This document shows, piece by piece, positions 45,495 to 58,214 of a stretch of DNA of 64,000 nt. This stretch comes from Azolla caroliniana. Lineage: Eukaryota; Plantae; Polypodiophyta. The stretch spans positions 16,988,001-17,052,000 of the forward strand of contig JBHGNT010000017.1 of the NCBI GenBank assembly GCA_043228905.1, in the 5' to 3' direction. The translations under genes and the position numbers were made by a program. Each line of letters begins with the position of its first letter. Positions within the stretch are counted from its first letter, which is position 1. Under the pieces are notes generated by a model that was given only the letters and a program-made list of their open reading frames with translations, was not told the origin of the DNA and did no database searches.

Positions 45495-47840
45495 GGGATG
45501 AAAGAAAAGAGGAATAAAAGATTAGTAGGAAATGAGAGAGACAGAAGGTAGGGCAAATTGGTTCAAACTGTCATGAACAGTACTGAGACAGAGAAGGAAT
45601 TAGTACTAAACGAAGGATTAGTACTATGAGAGGTGTGGAACTTCTTCGAGAGAAGGAAGAAGTGAGCGAGACAGAGAGAAAGAGAGAGATTGAGAGAGAG
45701 AGAGAGAGAGTGATGATAAGAAAGATATGTATTATATGAAGAGAATATACAATGGTGGCTAAAAGGCTTAAGACTGGCGTTGAACCAATTTGGTTCAATA
45801 TAATGCCTAGTGCCCTCTTTTATAGTGTTTTCAAGAGTAATCCTGAAGCTTCTAGAATGTTCCAGAAAAATCTGGAATATACACTAATTTCCTATAATAA
45901 AATGTAAATGAAAATAATATTCTATGTATTACAATAGATGATCTAATGGTCAAGAGCTCGACCCATATAACCTAAGGTCATGGGTTCGAGTCTTGCCATA
46001 TCATGACACTTGCGCTGTAATTATATCCGGATTTGTTCCCGGCACCGGGGTCGTATTATTATGTACAGTTGCCGGTGTTTCATTGTTCTATACATGTGCC
46101 GGAGCCACTGGTTCCTGCTCCTGGGGTCCTGTGATGACCTTCTTAGCCAATTCTTCCTTGGCTATTTCCACCTACCGTTCGAAGCTCCGGATCCTTGACC
46201 TGGCCTTCTCTAGTTCTCTGGTTGTGGCTAGCAACCGGTCCACTTCTGCTTTCTCCTCTGCCTCGATATAATGGTCCACTCCGGCTATTTGCTCACCGAT
46301 CCACCATAGCCATTGGCTGTCGATGCCTTGTGGCTGTGCCGGCGCGGAGGGTTGGCCGATTTCTACGCTTGCCAATGTTCAATCTGGTCTGGTTGACACC
46401 TCTAGCTCTGGCTAGGTACCACTTGGCAGTACCGGCTCTGGTTGTGTCTGATTTGGTCGTTCCAGCTCTGGTTGGTCCTATTGTGCTGGTGATGTAGGCA
46501 ACTGAATCACCGGTTCCTGAATCACGGGTCTTTTCATGCTCTGACCCGCCGGCGGAGCCTACGGCGCAGGGACTTCTGTCACCGGTTCTATTTGAACTGA
46601 TTCCGCTTCCACCCTTGGCTCTGGGCCCTCAGTGCAGGGTATCGGTGTCCTATCCTTTTCTGGACCCGATTGCTCCCCGGCATGGTCTGCAGTGCTCTTC
46701 TTTTGGGCCAAGGGATCTAGTTCTTGTTGACCCGGTCGGCGAAATGTAATTTTTATTGGTCATGCCGGTGTTGCCTCCTACATCTCCGCCTGGCTAGGCC
46801 GCTCGTTCGCCGTTTTCTCAGTGTCGGCCTCCTTCCCCTTGGTTGCCTTGGCAGCCAATAGCTGCTGCCATTTCGAAGCTGGTTTGGAGGTTCCTTCGGT
46901 TGTTCTTCCCCGCTTCTTTGTCATGTTGCGCTCCACTAGTGGTGCTAACAATGTGAGCCATTCCATCGTGGACCATATTTTTCTTCCATCCTCCCCTCTT
47001 ACCAAGTCGATGGCCACGCGCAGTCCATCGGCAATCAGCACCGACCAATCCACCTATATACCTTCATATGTGGCGATAATTAACCCGGGTCTATTCCTAG
47101 GCATTGTCGGGGGTCGAGGGTACACATGGCCATACTCGTGCAGTACACAAGAGATCTCTCGAAATAAGCCATCCTCACAGCCCTTTGTGCGATATGCCTT
47201 GCTAGATAGAGAATACTCACCGAAGTATTTCGTGAGCTGCTCCGGGGTAGGGTTGTCGACGGTGAAGATGCCGCCCTCGAGTAGGCCCGTCAGGGCACGA
47301 ATGGCCTCCTCTGTGATTACTTCTGTGTCAATGGCTTTAACAACCCTTTTCGCCTCTTTGTGTGGTGGTGCCTCCATGATCCTTAAGAATCCTTCCAATC
47401 CGTGTTGCTTTAACCACTTCTTGGCTGCCTCCGAGAGCGTCATGCAGTCCATTTCTCCTTCTAAGTCGGTGGTTGCTGGTCAGGTAGGTGCGTCAGGGGG
47501 CTCTGGGTGCTTGCGTCTGATTATCTTCAATCGACTGTGTGCGTTTGCAAATCTCTGTTCGCGAAATGAAAAGGCCTCCATGCAGTGTAGGTTTTCTTTC
47601 TACATGTTCGCGCCTTTCTGGATTCTTGCACATGCGAATGTTGTGTACTATAATGGCAATGAAGTGCCACGTGGCGTCATTTTAATGCGCTATAAAAAGC
47701 CCACTACTTGGCTTTTCAAAGTGCCCATTCACCCCTCCTTTTCATTGCATGTGGCCGTTCGCTCCTCGCCATAGCATAGTTTGGGTTTGATTCAATTTGA
47801 TTTGATTTTTATTTTTTATTTTTATTTTAATTCGATTTTG

Positions 47841-50800
47841 TTAATATGTATCCGACCCAAACAAACCCTTCTCCGGATTGGGCTTGCCAATTGCATGACC
47901 AGTTGTCGTCTCGTCGTGCTTACTGGTGTCTAGTGCGGTGTCAGCCTTTGTTTGCTCAAACGAGTTCCTTGGCATGGGTCCATAGTATGGTTTGAGTCGA
48001 AACCCATTCACCCATTTACCCATAACTTCGTCGGCGAGGGTCCCTAGTTGGTAAGAACCGTTGAACTCCCGTGGAATCCAAGATGGTCCGGTCCACCGAA
48101 ACCGTAGCTTCCCCGACATCTTACCCATCCGGGTCTGGAATACAAGTACTGGCTTGCCAATCCCGAACCTTTTTTCGTTACCTTTCTGGTCTCGATCAAC
48201 GAATGCTTTCCTTCTCCGTTGCTCCAATTCCATGTGCATCAGGCTGGCGATCCGGTGTTCCTCCAGTTCGCATAGTGATGCTAGCCGGATGGTTTCCGAC
48301 TCCTTCTCGTTCAGGCGTTCCCTAACCTGTAACCGCAAGCTAGGAACCTGGAATTCGATCGGCATTACCGCTTCCAATCCGAATGCCAATCGGAAAGGCG
48401 TTGTCCGGATACTTGTCTTATATGTTGTCCGGTAGGCCCAAAGTGCATTGTGTAGCCTTGTATCCCAATCCGTCCGGTTCTCATTGACGATTTTCTGGAG
48501 GATGTTTTGTAATGTCTTATTTGTGGATTCGGCTAATCCGTTGGCTTGCGGATAATACGGAGTGCTTCGCTTGTGCACCACCGCATAGAATGTCGTCAAG
48601 CTCTCCACCACTTGTCCCAGGAAATGCCCTCCTTGGTCACTGATTAGCTCGATCAGACAGCCATACCGGCACCAGATATATTCATATAAAAACTTTGCCG
48701 TGGATGCCGTAGTGTTGTCACGTAGTGCTTTGGCCTCCACCCACTTGGTGCAGTAGTCCGTAGTGACAATCATGTATCGGTTGCCGGTTCTCATTGCTGG
48801 TGGTTTAAATGGGCCAACGAAGTCCAACCCCCATTTCTGAAATGGTTCCAATGGTAGCACCGGCTGGTGAGGCATTCTTGCATGTTCCGGTGGTTGTCCC
48901 ATCGTTGACGCAAATCACATTCTTTAGCATACCGGACGACGTCTTTTAATGTTGTTGGCCACCATAGGCCACTCTGCCATATCTTCCTTGCCGTAGCAAC
49001 CCCAGCATAATGCCCTCCGGCAACACCGCAGTGTACTTTGCACAGTATTTGGTCTTTTTCGTCGTTGCGAACCGCGCGCCGCCATATGTCGTCCGCACCT
49101 TTATGGTACAGTGTGTCCTATAGTAAATAGAAGTGTCGGCTTTGTACTACTAATCTTTTCCGCTCGTCTCTGTTCATCTCCTCTAGGGGTAATCCAGTGC
49201 TCAGGAATTGGTGCATGTTAGTGAGCCACTTGTCCTCCCTGGCGATCGTACCATCTGTTGTCGTTTCGGCTGTGACCCTAAACAAGTCTGCATCCGGAAA
49301 TTCGTCTGCGACTCCGTCACCGGTTTCTCTGGAGTGTAACCAGCTCAAATAATCTGCCACTCCATGTTGTATGCCTAGCCGGTGGAATATCTCGAACTCA
49401 AATTCCTATAATAATAGCGTCCACCGGGCCAGCTTACCCGTGAGTGACGCTTTTGAGACCAAGTAAAGTAGCGTCGAATGATCTACATGAAAGGAAAATT
49501 TCCTCCCCAACAGATAGTGTCAGAACTTGGTGACACTATAGATCATGCCCAAGGCTTCTCTTTCCGTCGTAGAGTAATTTCGTTCAGCCTGGGACAGCTT
49601 ACGGCTGGCATAATACACGAGCCGGTACCACTTGGGTTCAATAAGCTGCATTAATGCACTCCCTATTGCTATGTCGGACGCGTCTACGAATATGTGGAAT
49701 TCCTTAGACCAATCCGGAGGTTGCACCACTGGTGCTTGTGATAGTAGTACCTTTAATGCCCGGTAAGCCTCCTCTTCTATGTCCGTCCATTGAAACGGTG
49801 TCCGGTGCACCGCGGCATGCAATGGTGTGGCCAGGTCTGCTAGATACCGGAGCATCCGGCTATGCCACCGGATTTGTCCTAGGAACCAACTTAATGCTTT
49901 TGCCGTGGTAGGTGCCGGGGCACCCAAAATTGCTTTGACCTTGTCCGGGTCTACTGCAATACCGTCCTTGCTAACGATGTGGCCTAGTAGTGCACCGCTA
50001 GACACACCGAACATGCATTTTTCCGGGTTAAGGCTTAGCCGGTAAACCCTACATTTCTCAAGACATAGTCGGAGGTATTGGAGGTATTCCCCTTCCTGGC
50101 TGTACACGGCGAAATCGTCTAAGAACACCTGCATGAATGCTGGAATAAACTCTCCAAAAATCTCCATGATTATCCGCTGAAATGTTGTCGGCGCTGTTTT
50201 AAGTCCGAACATCATGACTACGGCGACAAATACTCCCCATTCGGTAACAAAAGCGGTTTTCTCCTGGTCATCGGGGTGCATCCGGATCTGATTGTAGCCA
50301 CTAAACCCGTCCAGGAAACTATACACTTCGTGACCGGCTACCGCATCCAAGACTCCATCCGTAAACGGAAGTGGGAATGTGTAGGTTACCATTTCCGCAT
50401 TCAACTTCCGGTAGTCGACACATACCTGGATTTTTCCGTTCTTTTTCGGTATGACGACTATCGCACTCAGCCATGTCACCTTCTTTACCGGACAGATGAA
50501 CCCTACCCGTAACAATTTGTCGATTTCATCCTTTACTTTTGCTGCATAGTTAGGGTTCATCCGATAGCGTCGTTGCGCCACCGGCTTGGCGTCCTTACTC
50601 AAATGTATCTGGTGTTGATACAACTAAGGGTCTAGCCCCCGCATGTCCTCATAAGACCACACGAACACATCCTGGAACTCCTTTAATAAGGTGATCGTTG
50701 CCGTCTTCCTTTCGGGAGTCATTTCTTTGGCGATGTGAACCGGTCTCGCATCTTCTGATGTGCCTAGGTTTACCTCTTCCAATTGAGAGGCTTTTACGCG

Positions 50801-53575
50801 TTGAGATACTGCCAATTCCTTCTCCAAAGCTCCCTGCGCTTGTCGTAACTCTCTGATGGCTTCCTTATCCGGTTCTTCTCCGGCCTCCTCCGGTATTATG
50901 TATGGTGCCACTGCTTCGGCAACATCAACTTCAAATAAGGGTATAATTTTTGGATTTTCCTTTAAGTACTAATCAACCTCCTCATCAGCCAATCCCTCAA
51001 GCATGTTGACACATTCCGCATACAACGGTGTCAGCTCCTTGCCAGTACTTGAATGTGGTTGTGTAGGTACCCGGAAAGTGATTATGTTTTTCTACCAATC
51101 TTGCTTGATGTGAGTTGTTTTTAACCATGGTCGACCCAACAATAGTGGGTATGCTCCTTGTGCATTGAGCTGGAGGACAACTGTCGAAATGTGGAATGTG
51201 TGACCTCCGATAGTCACTTCCATATCTCGTATCAATCCGGTAGGCCTTACTAAACTTGTGTCCGCCATTCGGAGCCAAAACGAGCACGGCGCCCAGTCCT
51301 GGATTCCCATGGTATTACAAGTTCGAAGGCTAACCACATTCACACCGGATCCTCCGTCTATAATCGTTCCGGGTAGCTCTCGTCCCTTCACGATGGTTGT
51401 GATAGCCAGACTGCTCGTGTCCACTATTGTCGGTCCTTCCTCCGGATTAGAAAAGAATGCCGGAGCCGGTGGTGTGCCGACCGCAGTCATTCCCGTCTTC
51501 AGTCCTTTCGTAAACTGAGGTACTAACTGCAATAGCTGACCTAATGACAACGTGATTTGGCACTCTTGCAACACCTGCCATGTTGGGTTTTCCACTTGGC
51601 TATTGCCGATTGGCTCCTCTAGGTTCTCCTTTTAATGTTCCAATTCTGCCACATTCTGTTCGTTTGCCTTTTTTACCCATTCGGTGGCCTGCTTCCGGAT
51701 GGCTTCTTGGGTTTCCCACTCTGTTGCTTTCCCTTCTGCCCTCGTGGTCACTTGTTGTAAGTCCGCGACCTCCGCTACCACCATGTTTACCAATGGTCTC
51801 TTATCGTAGCTTTTCATCGGACATTGGTTACTGTAGTGTCCCTCTTGTCGGCAATAGTAGTAGTATGCCTTCCGGGTCTTGCTGGATTCTGCTTTCGCCC
51901 CGGCACCCGGTTGAGGTTCTGTGATAATTGCTTGCTCTTGGTCCAGTTGGTTGCTTGATGTACCCTATTCCGGCTCTCGTTGGTGACCCCCTTTTTTATT
52001 GAAATGCCATTTTTTGTTGAAATGCTTTTTGTTCTGGAAATCCTGTCGAAGTCAGTCGTCATGCTTGCCATAGTTCTCCCTTTGGGGGTTGTAACCGGGG
52101 GAGTGATCCCGGTTGTAACGCTCATTCCGTTCCCCATTATAGTCCTGATATCTATCATATCTATCATACCAGTCGCGGTCATACACGTTTCTTCGATCAC
52201 CGTACTGGACATCTTGTGTCGGTCGGTAACGCTCCTCTCGCCGCCAACGCTCTTCTTCCTCCTCCTGGTTGCTCCGTGGTTCGATTTGCCGGACTGGTGG
52301 TGCTTGCTGATTCAGCAAGTTATACTCGCACTGATCCATTGTGTGGTTTCTGGAAAGGCAAAGCAGGCATTGAGAACGCATGGTGCTCTCTAGCGCCAAA
52401 TGTCTGGCATTCAGGCAAGTCGTACATTGAACTACTTGTCGAAAGCCAAGGTCTTCATCAGTCGGTAACATTCTTTGGAGTGCCCCCATCGTCAGCCACG
52501 AGCTGGAGTTTTCCATTTCCTTGACTCGGTCTATGACCTGGTCAACAGAACTCGTGCGGAAATGAATAACTGTGCACACCGTTTGTAGGGGTTCCCGTAG
52601 TGCTGCTAGGAATATCGCCTTAGTCTCTTCCTCCAGTGGTGCCCGACTGAGCTGGCTGTGCATTCTCTCGAATCGGATTACAAATTGTTGAATGTTCTCC
52701 GTGGGCTCCTGCCTAAGGTATAGAATAGGTCGACCATTTCCCGCTGATCCACTTCTTTGTGAAAAAAATGTAAGAATTTAGTTTCAAGGCCTCAAACGTC
52801 GTGATGGTACTGGGATCTTGCGTCAAGCGCCATCTAGCGGTTGGCCCCTCCAGGGTCATGCCGAACTCCGCCATCTTTGAGCGTTCTACTTCGGCCGCGG
52901 TTAAGCGTTGTGACACATAATTCGCTTCCTAGGTCTACTGAAATGCATAGACGTGGGCCTCTGCGTCCGGATCATCCCGGTACTTGGGATATTGAAACGG
53001 CATGTCGTCGTCCGGTGTTAGAACGCAGGCTAGTGGTGTCGGAGGTCTCTCTTCCTCCTTCATTAGAGGTCTCTCCGCCTCCTCTATGGGAGGTCTTTCT
53101 TCCTCTGTGGGAGTTCTTTTCGCCTCTGCTTCGGTTGTTGGGGTTTGCTCAGCCCTTGGCCGATCTGTGGCTTCCAGCTCTGTCAATTCTGGTTCCGGTG
53201 TCGGCGAGGTATCCAATTCCTCGTCCGCCGGTCCGTCTGGGGTGTAGTGACTGTTGCGGTAATTAGAATGAGCGCTATATTCGCCGTCCGAGTCCCCGAT
53301 TCAAAGGCCGAAAATGGTTCAAAATCGCCGTCTCCTGCAGCTAATGCCTGCAACAGGGATTCCGTTTCCCGAAGACTACTCAAGTTGCTTCCTTCGTCGG
53401 GGTGGAAATCTTGTTGCAAACAGAGTGACTCCTCAGCCACTCGCCGAATCACTTTGGAAAATGATGGATCCGAACGAATTTCTTTCGCCGTTTGCTGGAA
53501 GGCCTCTCACTTCCGCAGCCGCTCAGCAGTCTCCTTGCTTGATCCGTAACCAGTCCGCTCGCTGGTTTAGTCATC
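47841..53575 (-). pseudogene. gag-pol: gag-pol of element C, heavily degraded
   Basis: ORF fragments carry IIDGGSGVN, FLDDF, VDASDIAIG and WGLDFVGP. Confidence 0.92.
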
Positions 53576-54452
53576 CATTCCCGTCGTTGTTCGCTATGCT
53601 TATGTAGGAATCGTGGTCGCCAAAAACTGTGTTACTCCGTAGGGCTGGACAATAGCCTAACACAGGGTGTCGACAGAAGACACTTCACCAAAGGGTGTTA
53701 CGGTGAAACAGATTTAGATCGACGATTAATCAGACCTTAATCGGTTACTTAAGCAACAGATCCTTAATCTTTAATACATGTGTATGATAGAAAGTAATTA
53801 GCACATAACGGTAATCAGTGCACAGAGATAAGGAAATAGAGCTTTATTAATTATCCATCGTCATTTATAATGTAACCAGGCCTTTTTATAGATCATCGGC
53901 TCTGCCTACAAAACGGTGCCAACTGGCACACTAATATGAACCGGTCTGGATCCAGATCGGCATACCAATTTTGGTCCATCCGTTCACTTCTCTAAAATCT
54001 ACTTAATTACTTAATATCCTAATAATAGCCTGTGATTATTTCTGCCCTTTCATATTCTGAACTGTCCTTCACTCCTTGCCAGCTGGCTAACATCCAGAAG
54101 GGTGAGTCGGTGAGCAAGTGAGCCGATGAGCTGGGGAGCCGGTTAGCTGGATCAAGCAGTAACCGGAAGCCAAGTAGCAACTAGTCTACTAGGGAGTTAA
54201 TATCTCGTAGTTAGTGTAAGACACTCGTGTGAGCATTGAAGTACACCGTACTTCTGTCAGTCTAGATGGACTTGTATAAAAATGTTCACTAAACACATAC
54301 GATGTACAAACTGAGTACTATTTTTTGAATTGAGTTTCTGTGTGCTCTCTCTCTGTCTCTGTCTCTCCCACGTACTGTTCAACTCTCCATTAAACCTGTT
54401 TTCTGCTTTCTATATTCTATTGCTTCTGCACGCTATTTGTTTCTATAGTTTT

Positions 54453-55480
54453 TGCTTCCCAAAGAAGAGTCTAAGTTCCGGAAAATGTTGGAGCAACACG
54501 GGAAAGCATTTGCCTTTTCCCCACAAGAAATCGGATGTGTTGACCCAATGCTTGTGGAACCAATAGTTATCTTTACAATACCCCATGTGCCATAGAACTT
54601 GAAGCCAATTCCGGTTCCAAGAGCTCACATTCCAAGATTGTTGGAGTTGTTAAAAGAAAAGATTAAAATGGGAATCCTTGAGCCATCTAATGCGCCTTAT
54701 TCAAATAGGTGGTTCACAGTGCCGAAAAAGAATGGAGCACTTCGATTTATCCAAGATCTGCAACCGGTAAACAAGGTCACCATTCGTAATGTTGGTATTG
54801 GACCCAATGTTGATGAGTTTGCTGAAGCTTTTGCAGGAAGGTCGATTTACTCGATTGGAGACTTGTATTCTGGATACGACCAATTTCAATTGTCTTTGGA
54901 TAGTCGAGACATCACAACGATGCGGACTCCCATCGGGCTAGTAAGGATGTATACATTACCACAAGGGGCAACTAACTCGGTGGCCCACATGATGAATGCC
55001 ATGAACAAAGTACTAAGAGACTGCATCCCAGATATTACGATGCCTTTGCTCGATGATATCCCTATAAAGGGGCGCCTCGAATCAGAGAAGGACGAGTCTT
55101 TAGATCAAGATGGATGTCGAAAATTTGTCTCAAACCATATTAAAGACTGCGGAAGAGTGCTAGAAAGACTAGAAGGTGCAAGGCTCACATTCTCCGAAGA
55201 AAAATCAGTATTTGGCCAAGACGAGATCCTAGTAGTGGGACATCTTTGTGGACCATATGGACAAAAACCCTCTCCCACGAAGGTGAATGTTATTCAAGAG
55301 ATTCGGGAGGAATGTGGAACGCAGACAGAGGTCCGAAGATTCTTAGGAGCATGTGCATTCTACCACATTTGGATTCCGCACTATGCTCATGTGGCTAAAC
55401 CCTTGTATAGCTTACTGAAAAAAGGGAGAAATTTCAAATGGGAACCGATACACACAAAGGCGATGAAGAGGTTAAAAGGG
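54453..55480 (+). pseudogene. pol: Reverse transcriptase of element G, truncated before RNase H
   Basis: PYSNRWFTVPKK, DLYSGYDQF, LPQGATNS, LLDDI and VRRFLG. Confidence 0.9.
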
Positions 55481-55604
55481 CTAAACGACAGTCGATTCCT
55501 TACAAGCACAAGTCACCCGATTCATTCTCCTTGGTCAAAGACCCCGGTGGTCCCGTTTGACCGACCCGTAGGCGCAGATTTCCGTGATTAGTAACCACTC
55601 CCCT

Positions 55605-57344
55605 TCAAATTCTTGTTCAATTTAGAGTCCTTCCATTGTGATAGCGCTCGTTGAGACATTTGTCAGTCTCTGGTTCCTTCTTCACTTGTCGTCAATCTCT
55701 TCCTTTTTATTAAGTCAATGATGACATCATGAAATTCTTTCTTTGCAATTCATAAGACCTCTCGTAGTGTGAACTCGATTCGTCTGTCCAGGATTCTTTC
55801 TTCCATCACACGCTTAAGGTTGGTGGATTGCTCTATCTCCGAGCGTAGTTTGAACGTTGGTCTGATTCTTTCCTTCCCTCTTTCGGTTATCGTTTGGGGC
55901 AGTGATGATTCTTTCTTCTTTGAACAACTTCTCTTGTGTCATGTTTCTTTGAAGGGCTTGATTGGTCATTTGGTCTTTTTCGTTTCTCTTCAACTAGGAC
56001 GTCGTAGTTTTGACACATGGCCTCGACGGAGCTAGACTTCTCCTCCACAGGGTCCTCCCATCCCGTCATTTCTTGGACTCTTCGTTCTGCTTTGCATGCC
56101 TCGTTCATGCAGAGCTTCCCTTTTCCGACTTGATTCAATATGATTAGCCAAAACTCTCCTACTTGAGACTCTTGGGCTCTCGTCTCGTGTCCAGCTCGAA
56201 TTCCAGCAGATGAGGAATAGTAAACACTATTCACTTTGTTTTCTTCCATTTCCTCCATCAACTTCTTCATACCTCCTCGGCCGAAGTTGGTATTGAGAGG
56301 ACGTTGTGTCACTGAGGATGAATCCGATTGTTGGAGAGATAAATGATATCTCGTCGGAGGGCATTTTGGAATTCTGAGCAATCTCTCCGTTGGTGTTCCA
56401 AGGAGTCACACCAAATACAGCTACGAGGAAAGTCTAGGCGACGACCCGGAAAACTTTGAGTTTCCTCCTTTGTAATATGAGAAATTCTCATCTCTCGAAG
56501 CATGTCTACAAGTTCATCCATTTTGGATCCATTTGTGGGTTGAGCCACTTCATCATCCCTCGTTCTTTGGGCTTTTGGTTCCTGTCTCATGTTGTGAGAA
56601 TGCTGGCCAATTTGAGCTGCAACATTCGATCTTGTCTTGTTGTCCCATTGTTGACGCTTATCAAAATGTCCACATGCTCTCTTCCTTGCTGCCCAATTAG
56701 AAATGAGGCCTTCATCATTCTCTAATAGTAGTCCAAGATCTCTTCGATCTTTCTCATCTACTGATTTGATAAATAGGAGCACTTTGCTAGAATCGAGAAT
56801 CGTTTTGTCAAGTGCAGGCAAAAGATCAAATCTTTGCTCATACTCGTGGAGCGTCGCACTCGCACTCAACTCTTTGTTAGAAGACTCCACCCAATCCATT
56901 AAATCTTTCTTCGTCATTCGAGATGAGTCACCAAACCCATATTCTTCAAGTAAACTCCGTTCGAAAGATGACCATTCAGGATTGGTCTCTTGTAGCTCTA
57001 GGACCCGGGAGTAAAGACTTCAAGTTACAATCCTTGAGAAGTTTGTCACTTGTCTTGCTATGGGAATACCCTTTTTCTGCATTTCTGTTTTGTAGGTTTC
57101 AAGGTATCGTGTCACATCTCTACCATCAAAGCATCCGTTGGTGTCCACGATCCTATCGATGGCAACGTCAAGGCCTGTGACGTTGTCTCTCTCCTGAAGC
57201 ATTTGGTCCATCCTCCTCGCCATTGCTTGTGCTAGACTATCATTAGAGTCTCTAGCATTCGAAGTTCCGGCCATCCTCCCTTGCCGTTCTTCACGTCAGG
57301 TTCACCAAATCTATGTCGCAGAAATCCGCGCCTGCAGGTTGGTC
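55605..57344 (-). mobile_element. gag: Inverted 5' fragment of a G-family element (LTR end, tRNA-Trp PBS, gag)
   Basis: 55605-56510 is the reverse complement of ~20740-21645. PBS at 57291-57307. gag starts at 57274. Confidence 0.88.
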
Positions 57345-58214
57345 AAAGACCCCAGTGGTCTCGTTCGACCAACCCGCAGGCGCGGATTTTTGGGACATAG
57401 ATTTGGTTTTTTCTTTTTCTTTTTAGGATAACCTAAACGGTCAATTCCTTACAGGCACAACTCACCCGATTTGTTCTCCCCAGTCAAAGACCTGGGTGGT
57501 CCCGTTCGACCGACCCGTAGGTGTGGAAATCCCATCACAATCCTCCATAACCACTAGCGGATAGAGGCTCGGTGCTTGTCCGCGCTTGTGACGCACACAT
57601 CCCGACGTTTGGCACATGTGTCACACACCACGCGACATCTACTTGGTGAACCCAACGTGAACAACACAAGGTGGTAATGGGGGCATCGCGAATGATGGAC
57701 GTGATCTTGGATGCATACGACTTAGAGGAGTCAATAAGAATAGAAGTTGGTCTGAGGCTCATGATGCTTCCATTTGTAAGGAAGGCCATCGAAATGATGT
57801 TTCATGATGATAAGGACAAAGCATTGGAGTATCTCAAGTTGGAAAGGAAAGTCGAAAGACTATATCCAGAAATTCCGGATTGGTACGAAGCGGTTCTGAT
57901 GTCAAGATTCGGGCCTCCACCTTTTTATGGTTTGCTCGGCAATGACGACGATGAAGATGATTGAGATCGGTGTAGTTGCAGTTGTGAAGAGACATGTGAC
58001 GAAGAACAAGGCTTTGAATAGAGATATCGAGATCGACATGCCTATGGTCGTTAGGAGGATCGTTGCAAACTCGACAAAGGAGAAACATGTGACGAAGAAC
58101 GTGGACTCAAGAGGGGAGATCAAGAAGGATGTGATAATGAAGAGACATGGAACAAAGAACATGCATTCGAGGGGAATGGCCAAGATACTCAAGGATGTGA
58201 TCGTGAAGAGACGT

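Larger units (their letters stand above)
40329..46008 (-). mobile_element. Full-length chromovirus (Tcn1/Tf1-like Ty3/gypsy), element E
   Basis: LTRs at 40329-40766 and 45569-46008 (TGTCATGA...TCATGACA). TSD CTTGC. PPT AAAGGGGGGATAG. No tRNA PBS. Confidence 0.97.
28508..47600 (-). pseudogene. Extra ORF of element C in three pieces (46009-47600, 40267-40328, 28508-29727)
   Basis: LSEAAKKWLKQHGLEGFLRI..YFGEYS and the coiled-coil HRDYKHVESE / GDEFYKLE match ORF 30480-33302. Confidence 0.8.
28056..54092 (-). mobile_element. Non-chromovirus Ty3/gypsy element C with a 3' extra ORF; hosts elements D and E
   Basis: LTRs at 28056-28506 and 53630-54092. TSD TCCAG at 28051-28055 and 54093-54097. PBS TGGCGACCACG at 53612-53622. 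Confidence 0.96.
22715..54447 (+). mobile_element. Ty1/copia element B (same family as A), with its 3' LTR split by Gypsy C
   Basis: 5' LTR at 22715-23129, PBS TGGTATCAGAGC at 23130-23141, PPT at 28004-28014, 3' LTR at 28015-28055 plus 54093-54447. TSD GTTTT at 22710-22714 and 54448-54452. Confidence 0.96.
19993..55590 (+). mobile_element. Autonomous-type tRNA-Trp-family Ty3/gypsy element G, split by Copia B and its nested cargo
   Basis: LTR at 19993-20733, gag-PR at 20740-22127, pol at 22128-22714 continuing at 54453-55480. The reading frame rejoins across the TSD as KVAGGEF|LLPKEESKF. An LTR fragment lies at 55480-55590. Confidence 0.85.

Noticed and set aside
57305-57406. A MITE or miRNA precursor
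   Set aside because: Both arms are LTR-end/PBS sequence of the tRNA-Trp family and no TSD is evident.
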